Notes under the pieces: model-generated
What the model was told of the DNA's origin: nothing
What the model saw: the letters and a program-made list of their open reading frames with translations, nothing else
The model's database searches: none
Position numbers and translations under genes: made by a program
Shown here: in pieces, positions 38,801 through 52,453 of the stretch
Layout of the letters: each line of letters opens with the position of its first letter
How positions within the stretch are numbered: the first letter of the stretch is position 1
Assembly: GCA_965644265.1 (NCBI GenBank)
Contig: OZ286472.1
Location: 27,900,001 to 27,964,000, forward strand
DNA: 64,000 nt
Source: Glycera tridactyla
Taxonomy: Eukaryota
Direction: 5' to 3'

Positions 38801-41800
38801 CGTAGCACCCCACACTCACAATAATTCTCAGAAACTCACCAAAGAATTCTCCTGAGCGGATTGGGTGATGCTGGAGACTGTGTTTTTTTGGATTTTTGAT
38901 AGGACATGTTTAAATGGGATTGGCAAGCCGCAAAACATAGAGTAAAACACGGGCCAAATTATGAACTCGCTGAAAAAACGATCTTGCTGGCTTGTCACTC
39001 ACACCACACGAAAATTGTGAGTAATATCGGGATCCTGAGAATATTGTGCAGTATACTGCGAAATAGGTTTGACTATATATTGTATAGTTTACTCGTGATG
39101 GCGAGGTTATAAATTTGTGTCGCGAGCAGAATGTATGAATGCACAGAAATCAGTTCTCGATAATGGGTGGTGTTTGCAAGCATACTAATTTGAAAAATCT
39201 TATCTGCTCCACCCACTGCAAAATGTATCCACTTGTCTCCTACACATTTATGATTTCCATCCAGGTCTTCCTGACAGGTCAAACTTGACTGCTATGATTG
39301 GTGTGACATGGTTCTAAGCCAGGCAATGTAACACAAACCATCAGAGCTCTTTGCTGCCCAACTGCCATAAACAGGCTGCTTGACTTTTTGATTTGGTGTA
39401 CTAGCCAAGCCAAACAGACATGTCCATTACCATGATTCAGTCAATAATCCTACCTATCAGGACAGGAGAACATTTTCAGAAGGACAGACCGAAATTTCCC
39501 TTCACCTGCCTGAATAAATGCTGATGCTGTATAATAAAAAAGTCAATGTACAGCCCCAACCATACATACATACAAAAGTAACTCATTATTTTTATTCTAC
39601 TCTGACAACTATCTGCAGTAGTTTTGACATATTTGGGTCCACTTTTAATGTAATCTGAATGTATATCAATGTTCTGCGATCAATCAGGCTCTTTCTTGTC
39701 TAAGCTACAAAGATGATTGTTGCGGCTTGTCCATGAATCACTTTTTGCTTTTCCATGAAAATCCCAGTCCACTAAATTATTTCTGCTGTTTGTCACCACG
39801 AGCTGTTATGATAATCATAGGTAGGGGGTCTCCTCAATCAATACCACAGACAGTCAATATTTTAATGAGGCTGGGCAGCATGACATCTTTCTGTGGGAGA
39901 GGTGTCAACTCTGTTCACCTCAAATAAGGTAGGCATTCAAAGATACTTTGCAAAGTAGTTTGAGGCAGTATAAATTACGTGCAAGCTCTGAGTGACAGGT
40001 GAAGGTACACTTTGCTCATGGTTGCAGCACTCACAATGAGCAAATAATTTATGCCAGCTCCAATGACTGTGATACTTCACCAGTGACCATAGGGGAAAAT
40101 GGATATGTTCCCACGAGCAAGAGCAGACACATCACCAAAGGTTGAACAGATTGCACTCGGACAACGATTGTACAACAACAAGAACCAATAAACGATATCC
40201 GTTCACTCACCTACAGCATTTTCTTGACGATACCTCTGTCGTTTAGCAACAGTGCGACCTCGTCCGATGGCGCAGATAGCGATGAGAGGCACACAGATGA
40301 GCGATAATAGAGGCTTCCAGTTGAATGGTGTCTGCGGGCCAGGCTGGATAGGTGGTTTTTTATCTGCAAAGACGTACGGATAGTCTGCAAATATTAGTTG
40401 CAAATATCTGCTCTGAACAGCTAGCAGTTGTAACATGTGAGCCTGCCTGTGTCCAGCGCAAATATCATCATGTTAGTAGTGTTGATTAGTAAATACCAAC
40501 CATTCAATTATGTCATCTGACTAGTTTGATGGTTCATCAATCAAAAACAGTCCAAAAATATTTTTTTCATTCCACTTTGGTTACATTATGATTCAGACAT
40601 CATCTACATCCAGTTTGATGGTTATCTTTTAGTGGTTATTCTTGATGGGAAGGGATGGATGGTCAGATGAATTATTCAAAGGTTGCATGCATGGTAAGGC
40701 ACACATGGTAGAATGGTGAGATGACTTGCAGTACGTATCCATGTTTCTGTCTCGTCACCAGAAAACTATCAATAACGTAGTTGAAATTCATGAAGTTTCC
40801 TGAAGTTGTATAAATATTAATGTTTGGTCTGTTCTCACAACAAGCATGGTTTTCTATACTAAAGATGATGTTTGGGCTACCAAGGTCTGCAATCATCAAA
40901 CTTGCTTCCTGCCACCACTTCAAGTGGGTAACAATCCCTGCAATGGCTGCTTTTGGTAGCTGAAACATCAACCATAGTGAGGAAATTCACATTAGTTGTG
41001 AATCAGTTACAAACATCGATATACCTGAGTGAGAGTAATCAGATGGATCATGATTTTCCATCAGTGAAATAACTCAAAACTATTTCCTTGTTGGTAATGA
41101 TGACCGTTTCTTCAGTTGGTTGGTTCATGTTTAACGTCACGTCAGCACCATTTGGGCTATATTGTGACGCCCATGCAATGGGCATGGGTGGGATCTTCCA
41201 AGACTCCTCCTTCTGGCTCCCAAACGGAAGGTGAAAATTTATGAAATTCACAGACACTCAAGGTGTCATTTCAACCACCGTTTCTTCAGAAATGGATTAT
41301 CCGATAGATGAAATGTTTTAGGTAGTGATGGATGTAGATTATTGATGGATATATGAAATGGATACAAGCCAGGCAGAATGTATGATGTTAGTATGGGAGC
41401 CAAGCAGACAAAAGGAACAAGCGAGAAGCACACATCACAAATGCCAAAACTTCAAAAAAAGTCTATCACAAAATGATCGATCATTTTGAAATCAGTAGAC
41501 ACAATTGAGGAGCAGGTGTGAACACTCATCTCAATACAATTTTCGTTTAATGTCTGGAGCGCAATGCTTTGCTACAGGAGGACATCATTAGATAATCGCA
41601 GATTACCTCAATCGCCAATGCTCACTGTTATCAAAGAGGCATATCAATATGCACCTCACTAGTTCACCTTGATTTATAACTACGCAGGTTTCAAAGCATT
41701 CCTGTAGTTCTCAGCGAGGAATAATGAAATTCCCAAAATTATCATTAATAGCTAATAACATGTATAGGCAATATGCTCATTTGTGGAATGGTAATCAAAT

Positions 41801-44800
41801 GGTTGGCCATGAGCATACAAGCTCACCAACCATTTTCACATCATGCAACTCTTTGACAGCACTATGTGGATGCTCTAATGTATCCTCACAGAAATAACAC
41901 ATGGACTTTTCCCTCAAATGACAGTATGAAGGACAACTGACTCGTTTCATCTTCAAGGTCATATTTCACGACAGAGACACTATTCACAGCCAAAAATCAT
42001 TGATGCTTGTCAATTTTGTCAAGCTTGTCAATTTTTATTCTTTCCTCTCATGCGTGAACAACATATCTCAATTCTCAGATGCCTCAATTTGGGTTTTTGG
42101 GTAGATTTGCACTGTATCATTTTCAATTTTTTATATCACTTTCTCTGTGATCTATCATCATTATTATCGATATCATTATTTCCATCATCACCGTTGATTT
42201 ATTTCATATCATTTGATCATTGCACAATTTGATCATATACTGGCATGAGACCATCGCATATCTGTCCTATTTTATCAGTGAACCTTCTTTATACAAGCTT
42301 GACCTGGCTATAGTCAGAGCCAAAAGCTTGGACTCGAACTTCAAGAGGTTTCATTTAAATGAATTTGATTCCACTGAGTTCCTAAGTGACTTAACAATGT
42401 TAATGGAATTATACAGAATGCCCCGAGTGCCTTGCCCGGGAAGGGATTACGTGACGAGCAGACTGTCCCGGGAAGGCACGAGTGGCCGCAGGCCACTCGT
42501 GCCTTCCCGGGACAGTCTGCGAGCCACGTAATCCCTTCCCGGGCACGGCACGAGGGGTATTCTTTATTTATCGTCCGATCCATGTCAAAAAGACAACTTA
42601 ATTAATACAAATCGATGGTAGAAGGCCAGCGAAGTTTGAAATTCCCGCCGCCGCGGTCAAGAAGTCGGACCTGTCAATCAAACCGTCTGGACACGCCCAC
42701 TCGCCAACTTTTGTATTAATGCGCGCGCGGCTTGCGTGCCTGCATTTGTGTACCGGAACAAAACAAAAGAGTTCCCCACTTCTCGCACATTTTCTGAGTT
42801 TGTTCTTCAATAAGGACACATTTATGGTGTATGTACGGATGTATTAATGTGTTTTGAATAAAAAGAAACGTATTTGACAGACGGATCTAGCGTTATATCG
42901 AACTGTGAGCTCATCGTTTCAGACGACAACAGAAATGACCTAATTCCGTGACCTGACCTAGTTCCGAGGTCAAACTGAGCGAGACAGTCAATTATGGGAT
43001 GGCGTTCTCATTTGCATACGGTTCGGCAATCTTCGGGAACGTTCGGCTATGTTCGGGGCCGGGACTACTTTTTCGATGTACACATCGTTAGTTATACCAC
43101 GAGGAGTATATCATTCGCGATTATACGATCCTTTCATACGTACACGGTGAACGACGCTTATATACACGCTACACGCGAGATCGGATGATAAATATTAAAA
43201 CACCAGACACAAGCAGGAGCATAATCAAAATGTAGAAAAACCCAGCATATCACCCTTCCCTTCTCTGATGTTAGTCATAACTTACTTTTCATCCTTTATT
43301 CTGAGAAGTAAGAGCTAGACGCCATGTTTTGGATCATCTGCATGTGACAGGCTCGTACAAACAGCTCTCAAAATGACTTGGAGAGAACACCTCTGAATGA
43401 AATTTGCGCAAAGGCCAGATGTTTATTTGTTTCTTTGATGTTTAACGACATACTTCAACCAAGAGGATTAGATCTTACTAACAAAAGTAAAAGATCCTTT
43501 TTTTGTGCTTGCAGATTTCAGTGAACGCTATGGCAAGCAAGCCTGTGATAAGCTTTCTGATGAAGAATATCTCTATCATTCCTTCATGAATATACCTGAC
43601 ACCAGCATGCACCTGTGTCTAGGGACCAAATATCTAGTGAATTGAGGTGCTTGCTAGTTGCAGGTTTGACTGTGATATCATGACATGTATCAGAGGAGAG
43701 AATCATACCATGTCCCATATATATAGTCAAAAGCTATAAAACACTCGTCAAAATCATGCAAAAAATGGATGATATACAGTAGTGGTCATGATGAATGTGT
43801 GATAGAAGCTCTCGGTGATTATTCTTCCCCCAAATGTGATATGATACAAAGACATAAAAATACATTTGAAAATCTGTCGGCATGTTCATATATTGAGATA
43901 CTCGAGTTTGATATGGTGGTTCAAGAAAATCATGAATTCTAATGAAAGTGCTTTCCCAACATCGATGGGCAGCTTATTATTTCAAGTTATACACATCTTG
44001 TCATTTGGCAGATTTGCAACCGAGCGTTCATAACTGAAGAAATGATAAGTTAATAATGTTTGTCAAGATATCTCAAAACAATGACTTGTGCTGAGCCGTT
44101 AGTTCACTATTGATCTGAACCAGAAACTATATGAATGAGAAATGTAGTTCATCATGAAATATTCAATATGTTAGTTGCCAATGAGACCCGAACTGAAGTA
44201 TGTCACAGAAAGCCATAACAACCGTGATCGCCTGCGGCGATTAAAAGCATTGATGCATCAGTGAGATCACACTTCAAATCAGTCATAAGAGACTGGTGCG
44301 AAAAGACAGAAAAATCTAACATTCACAGCATATACTAGATGGCAGCACATTGATGAATCTGGTGTCAAAACCATGCATTGAGCTCACACTGTGTCATTTC
44401 TGCATCACTGGCATACATTCAGCTGGTTTATGGAAGCTACTGGTCTCGGGTGAAAACAGATCTCTTGGTGATGAAATCATGACAGCAGGTGAGTTGCATT
44501 ACTGGAAGTGCAATAGTTTCCCCTGCCAAGTCTCACTTGCGGCCCAGTGAAAATTATCTCAATCCCTTGTTGTCTACAATAATTTTAGTCCAGATGATAC
44601 TAGCAATATTCTCAGTCCAAGCCAATTTCCATTGAATATCACCTTAATGGATAATGGTTTTTCCATCAGTATATCAATGGACTTTGAGAAAATTGTCGAC
44701 ACAATACTGACCAAAATAAATTTGTTCAATGATACCAATTTTGATTGCTGCTAAGTTTGACAACCAAATAAAATACCCGCTTTTAGTGCAATAGGATCTA

Positions 44801-47800
44801 CTGTTCAAAATTATTATGTGAACATCTGACATGGTTATGGGGATGAAAGGATGGTGAGATATGTAAAGACATCAAGAAAAACAAACATGCAAAATCCACC
44901 TCTTCGGCTTAATATATTTTTGGAATGTTAGTAAAGCGAAGCTCTAGCACACTACTAGTGCCCTGTAGCAGGCAAACATATAAAAAAAACGGTGAAACCT
45001 GTGACAAGAGACCACCATGAATACCAATAGAGAGTGGTCCTACAAAGCAGGTGGTCACTCAGTAGTGGAGGTGAATGTGAGTATATCGAATAGAAAGAGG
45101 GATTTTAAAAAGTGGTCTTTAAAACTGGTATTCTATTACTAGAGATGTATTTGAATTGAATATGATGAATACAAAGTGGGCTTCCAATATGAATTCTCTC
45201 AAACAGGTTTTCACTCATCCAGGGATCTTCCATGTCACAGGTTTCACTATAGTGGGCAGAGGGATTCTGGATAATGAAGGATTATACAAAAAGAAATAGT
45301 GACCATGGAATATCATAGTGGAATCTCAAAGACCAGGTCCATGCAGGTTCCCATCTCTCATTTGGGAAATTTATCGATGATTTCTGAGTTCTGTTTCACA
45401 CAAGTGAATGTTGTCTTTGATCCCATGTTATCTATGAAATGATGGTGACCAAATTTCACAAGATTCTTATCAAGTGTGATGTGGATGTTGATAATCCATG
45501 TGCACTGCATTGCTTGAGGCAAACCCAGTGCATGCCAACTGGGATATCAAAGGTCGGTGGTGTGTTTGGGACTTTATTCCTTTATGCATATACAAGATCC
45601 ACTGCTGTCTTTCAGAAAGAGTTGGAGATTGCCCTTGGCAGCAGTGTCTCTTTTTTACAGCATTTTCAAATTTTCATTCCAATATAACTCAAGAAGGTTG
45701 AAAGCCTCTTCACAAACAACCTGACTCTCTGCATCATGCATCCGATTGCTGCGTCAAATATGACCCATGTGGTGTGGAGAGGATGTTAAACAATACGGAA
45801 TCAATCCTACTGCTGCACTGAAGGCATAGTGTCACTACCCTGACTGTTATTCTGGGTCAGAGCAACAAGTATATCTGACAGCCATGGTTCTCCTACCCAA
45901 CATGGCCACCGCCCAAGAGCAGTGCAACACACGAAGCTGATAGCCATGATGTGCACCGAAATATCATGCCAAATGCACAGATCAAGGCTGTTAAAAAGCC
46001 AATGTACGACTATTGCTTATGCACAGTGTACTGTAAATACACCAATTCATGCAAAATAAATTGAATATTATTGTCATTCATGCAAAATGTACTAATAAGG
46101 ACTGTTGCTCATGAGAATGTGCATGGAAATCTAGAAGTTAAATTCAAGAATCGTCCCTCATTGCAATATAGTCAAGCTTCAGAGGTTTGAATTGGACTTG
46201 GATAAACCAAATATGAGCAATTAGGACTTGCTCAATTGTGTCCAAATGGACTGTTGAATGAGTCTCCTCCCAGTCATGAGACACTGACAAGCAATTCATC
46301 TTGACTATCACAAGGAGCAGGACTGCTCGTCAGTCTTCCACAGTAGGTATAACTGCATCAGCCAACATTTCCCAGATTCTTTACGTAAGAGTAGCTATGA
46401 TATTCAGCATGGGATGATTATGAGGGAGGGTAATGGCTGTGATTTCAAGGTGCTTTTCAAGTAATGAGTGTGGTATGAGATATGATAATTGATCATGCAG
46501 TGAAAAGAAATAGATTTCTGTAAATGCATATTCCCTTCTGTTCAGAGGGAAATGGAGAATCTTTTGATCTCGAAATTTCAATGTTTGATATCTTGAGTTG
46601 AACACTGATCATGAGAACATCAAACATTCCAATGCACTGACAATTTTGAAATAACAAAAAGTTTCACGTCGAGAACATTTGTATCTCTCCCTCATCACAC
46701 TTGCTTGCATACTGCCTCAGTGTAACTGTAATAATGATGATGCGTGTGTATGGGNNNNNNNNNNNNNNNNNNNNNNNNNNNNNNNNNNNNNNNNNNNNNN
46801 NNNNNNNNNNNNNNNNNNNNNNNNNNNNNNNNNNNNNNNNNNNNNNNNNNNNNNNNNNNNNNNNNNNNNNNNNNNNNNNNNNNNNNNNNNNNNNNNNNNN
46901 NNNNNNNNNNNNNNNNNNNNNNNNNNNNNNGTCTGATGATTTTTTTTATCTTGCCTCTTGACAAGCCTATCACTGAACCTACTGAGGAAATACTATGAAT
47001 GCTTGCCAAATGATGGCTGACATATCAAGTCAGCCATCTTGAATATGTTCTGTAGATGGTTGCTGATCAGATTCCAATAGAGAATTCGCTGATGATTGAT
47101 CCAACACCGAATCAGCAAGTGGCAGCCTGTGGCCATATAGTAAATATCCAGTATGAATTAGACATTAGTGCCTTCATAATACGAACAAAATAATCAACCC
47201 AGCGAGGAATTAAAATTTGACAATTATAGAATTTTGTATTTTACGTAAAGTGTTTGCCATAAGCGACACTGTTATCAATATTTCCAATCACAATAATCTA
47301 CAATACATGTGGAATTTGAAGAGAAGAGGTGAGTTACTAGAGATTTGATCCTGATAGTTCAGGGACTGTAGACTGAGCTGAAGCTTAAGTAATATCGAGC
47401 AGTGCAAGTGGTACATTGATAAACCACATCTGAGGGGGAGGCAGCAGCAATGAAGGTATTCAGAGGGGAAGATACCATGAATTCTTGAGCAATGAGTGAA
47501 ATAAAACCAGCGAAATGCGCTGCCGAGAGCAGAATAATGAGACAACATTTCGAAAGAGAGAACGGAGAAAGTGCACATCTGTGGGAGGGTTAGAGAGTAT
47601 GAGATGAAGAGAAGACACGAGAGAGGTGGTATGAGTGTGAAAAAAATTGAGTCGGCTGACCTGTCACTATTTCTGTGTCATGTAAAAATACATATGTCAT
47701 GTTAACAAGTGTAAAACTTCCACAAAGTCAAGCATTCGTCATTGACCCGTCGCAGGGACTATGTTTTAAAATCATCCTGTGGATAAAATTCAGAGTCAAA

Positions 47801-50800
47801 TCACAGTAAATTACAGTCTCCCATGCCTGGAAAAAAATCACCCATTATCGTCATGACTTAAAACGCTGGTGCCCACAAGCACCATCCCAGCTGAGCGTAC
47901 TGATTAGTCAAAGTCAATGATGATCCTCAAAGATGGACGATCAATGGGTGAATGTTAGGGAGGGGGCATGCATGATGTTATATATGGTTGAATCCTATAG
48001 GCAAACCATCAAGCAAACCACAAAACATTCCCAATGATAGGATGGGGAAATAAGCAAAAATCGATCAGGTACGGTCCACATCCTCTTGGTTTCTAAAATT
48101 CCAAGAATTTCAACTCGACCCTGATGCAATTTTCACGCAATTTGAGATGGTTAGGATAAAACTCTGTTTCGTAATACATTATTGATACGTACAAATTACA
48201 TTTTCAGAAATCATATGGATTTGAAACTGGTACCTTCAAGCATGGCACCAACCGCCTGGCCTGTGAAAGAGCAGTCTGTCTTGTATGCTCCCAAAATATT
48301 TGAACCTTCAAATCCACAAGAATTTGGATGATTTTTGAAAATGTGAATTGTACATTTCAATGATATTCTGTGAAACATAGTTTCAATCTCAACTGGACTT
48401 CTTTTCATGGAGGGTCTTTCCCCGACATAATGCATAAAATGATGCACAAATGCCCATCATCTCAGGTGGATGAGTACTTCTGTACCCATCACATTTGTAG
48501 AACAATGAGAGTCTGTCCAAAGCCATACAATTTCTTCCTCCAAGTTGTAACCATGGACTCCCAAAGAAGGACTCACAGTTTATAAGAAACTCAATGTATT
48601 CTGTGAGCCTCCTTATCAAACACTTCAGAAAATTTCATAGGTCATTAGATGTGGGATGAATTTTTTGCAAATTAATGAACCTGTATCTCTGATGTACAAT
48701 AAAAACTGGGACAATCACTTCCTTTCACCATGGTCACAAGAGATGGCCAGAGCATTGTGATCTGACTCAAGTCTGGGTGTGACTTTGTTTACATGGAAAG
48801 ACTCTTGACACTGTCTCCAATGGCATAATACGACCATAGAAGGTCAAGGACGAAGCATGAAATACAACTCACCACAAGTTTTCTCGTCCTGTCCATCACG
48901 ACAGAAACTGTGCCCATTACAGATTTCACTGAAATCGTAACACTGCCCATCGGGGCACTCGAGTGGGCTATACCACGGACAAGGATCCTCCGCTGCAACA
49001 TAAAATACAGATCGACCCACATTTGAAAATCTTGAAATCATAAATTGAGATATAGATGAAAACACTCGTCACAATCATGAGACAAATTTGTTTGAAAGAG
49101 TTGCAAAAATGTTGTTCTCGGTTCCAAGATGATCCATGATGAACATTACCTCACCTAATTTGGAATAACTTGTTGAGATGTTTCATAATGTTTTGACTAC
49201 TCTAGAGTGGACTTTCAGCCGAAGTAGGTGAGATTACCTGCTCACTTCTGAGCGATATCACAGCACCAAAGATCCATCACCTGATCAAGGCCACTTGTAG
49301 CGTGGTTGAAACATCGTAAAATCGTCTTCAAATTGGTTCCGAAGTGAGTGAAAATACTTTCGATCACAGGTAATATCATGGTTGTCATCGTTGAAAGACT
49401 CCTCTTTTTTTAAGTTTTCCCATCTTGTGCTTCATTAGTTAGTTGTTCTTTTTGTTGACTTAACATCTCATATCCATCCAGAAGGTGCTATATCTAGACT
49501 TGTTTCAAATCTATGAGGGGAGAACACCCTTTCCCTCTTTTGAGTGTCACCCAAACAAATACATAAACTTGGCATGTGGAGAGTCATGGTAGTTGTCAGC
49601 TGCAATCAACTGTCAGTCCATACACACCCTGACCCACATACATATCATAACCAACACTTCTGAAGTTCAAATCTAGTGTGGAATATGAAATTATAAGTAG
49701 GTTTTAGTATCACAAATTTACACTCTGAGAAACATGCATTGAGACCTACCCTCCCCAAAATCAGTCTTTCAATATATAGTCAAACCTGTCCAAAGCAACC
49801 ACCCATGAGAAGGGCAAACTGTGGTTGTTTACGGCAGGTGAAGTATGATGGAAAAACTTCCAGCATGAAATACATTAGTGGCTGGTTGAGGCAGGTGGCT
49901 GCTTAGCACAGTGACTGCTTAGTACAGCTTAGACTATAGGTGATGTTGCATCATTAGCGTCTCACATCCAATTCCACTGGGAGTGTGCACTTTTCCTGAC
50001 ATAAATTGATTGGTGCGATAAATATAGCATGTTACATGATGAAATTCCCGATAGTATTGGTCAAATTTGTAAATGTAGTGACTTTTTCAAATCTAGATTA
50101 GATCTAAGTTAGAGAGGAATCGAAGGCATACTTACGACAACGTTCGTAGGATTCTATACAGGTGCCATCTTGACATTCTTTCTGTGACTCTGCACAATTC
50201 CCCGCTGAAAAGAAAAATACATTATTCAATGTTTCAACTAGGGTACAAATCCATATATATGTAACAATCGACAAACAATTAATTTCAATTTATTTACGAG
50301 TCGTTGACATTTTACAAAATACAACGACTCGTAAATAAATTGAGATTAATTGTTTTTTATGTATGCCTGCATATGTGCATGCTTGTGTGATGACAGATGA
50401 CCACAAGGCAGTATTCACACTTACAAATGCATGCATAAGAAACGGAGGTTCATAATTCAATCAGAACTGTACCCAACCAGATCAGAAGCTCTGGCTCACA
50501 TTCACCTAGATTCAGGAAAGCTACAGTTGGTATATCTTTTTGGGGACACCTGATTCTTGCAAATCATCCACCCACAGCAACGATACCATTGTTTATTCGA
50601 AGAACTTCGTTTGAAGGTCTCATTGGCTTAATAGAATTCAACAGAAATACCTACTTTCAACAAGATGAACAGTCAAATTCAGCATGAATGCTCGACCAAC
50701 CGATCAACCGTTGTTTATTTATATGATGCATTCATGCTGACCCTGACACATGGCATCATGATGTCATGATTGAGGTCACAGGTCAACTGGTAGCATTGTA

Positions 50801-52410
50801 CATTCTATTGCTGCATAACAGCAATGAACTCGCCTCAACTGGCTCCAAATTGGCTTCACATTATTGCCAGATAGATGAAAGTTGAGAACATATACAGTGA
50901 AACCTGCAAAGAGTGACTGCCATAAATGTCATCAAAAAGTGGTCACTCAAAAGAGATTTTCTCTCATCAGAGGTATATTTGATTAGGTCAAACAGGGAAG
51001 CTGCCCTAAAGAATCCATCTATCATCAGAGATGGGCTCTTATTGACGTCTCAAATTGCATGTTTCACTGCATAGGCAACAATGTCCAATGTGGATATCAA
51101 TGTTTATATCCATTGCTTCGATGCTCAGCCTGAAGGAATATCAACGAAAAACAGCTCCCACAAAAGGAGGCAAACTGACTGTAAGCACATCAGAGCCAGC
51201 ATGGTCCTGCCATTGTTATCAGGCTGGGGTGAAATTTTATTGGGCAAAACAGATTTAGAGTGATGCGCAAGATGCTGAATATCTATTTTTATGATGAATT
51301 GAAATACGTATGTATGTATTTACGGACATTCCCATCCAAAAGGTACATGCTAATATACTTACAACACCGCCCGTAGAGCCGAATAACACAGTTACCATCT
51401 GGACACTTCTTCTCATTTGGAGAACACTCGCCCGCTGAAATCATAAAATTGTACTTTAAAATGCAGATGAAAAAAATCGCCATGTCTCAAAAAATGAGAT
51501 CTGAGACCCAAAACCTAGCTTCCTTCGTTGACGTCACAAGATGGCGGGCGCTCTCGAATCGTGGCGGGAATTTCAAATTGATTTCTCTCACTCTTAACGA
51601 TCATATATGCCAGTGGTGTATGCATGAAGGTGCTTCTTCAGGACCTCCCTACACATCCCAAAAGAGACCTCAGCTTTGCCAAAGTGTGTCCCGGGCCCAT
51701 TAATGAAGAGGTATGCTCATTTTGGGTATCTTAGAAGGCAAGAAATAGCACTGGGTCAAAATGTACAATCTCTCATGGAATATAGGGTATCTTGGTTGCC
51801 CTGGCAACAGATATGAAATTTACCTCACATCGGAGCTCTACCTTGATGTGAGATATTTTTATCATCACATGTTTGTGGATATACAGAACTTTTTAGAATT
51901 TGAGATAGTTCTAAAGTTGTATTTCCAAGCTTTTTCATCACTACAACCTGCATTAAAGACATGAGCCGTGAAATTAATTGTATCATTTTTGGAGGGTTTC
52001 CTATCAGCAATGCATGATCACTGACTAATAGACACTGAATACTTCTCATGCACTGTTGAGCATCATAATGGCCTCAATCAAGCCTCAACTGATATTTCTT
52101 AACTGGAGATGGCACTGCAAATCGTGACATGACCAATGATAAAAGGGACCTCAGTTGGAGAACCAACACACTACAGCAAATAATTAATTCTGACTCACAG
52201 CACTGACAAAATGTGTTCTTGAAAGAAACCACAAAACCACAAAAAATTGGATGACCCCAAAGAATGCAATTTGTACATTCAGAGGATGTTTCATAAGATA
52301 TGCTTTCTCGCTGAATTATCTCATCATGGGGAAACATTCCAAACATCTCAAAGTAGATCATGACCAGACTTCGTAATAATTCAATGCACGCACACACGCA
52401 CACACACACA

Positions 52411-52453
<43 letters not shown>

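Noticed and set aside
9224-40210. Recursive splice sites in the 31-kb intron
   Set aside because: Only weak AG|GT junctions noticed; none has a strong polypyrimidine tract plus a consensus donor.
43280-43294. 15-nt minus-strand micro-exon with good splice sites
   Set aside because: Open only in phase 2-2, incompatible with the phase-1 flanking exons.
44423-44488. Plus-strand 66-nt phase 1-1 exon-like segment with a gtgagt donor (possible nested antisense gene)
   Set aside because: No recognisable peptide or partner exons; such sites are expected by chance in 64 kb.
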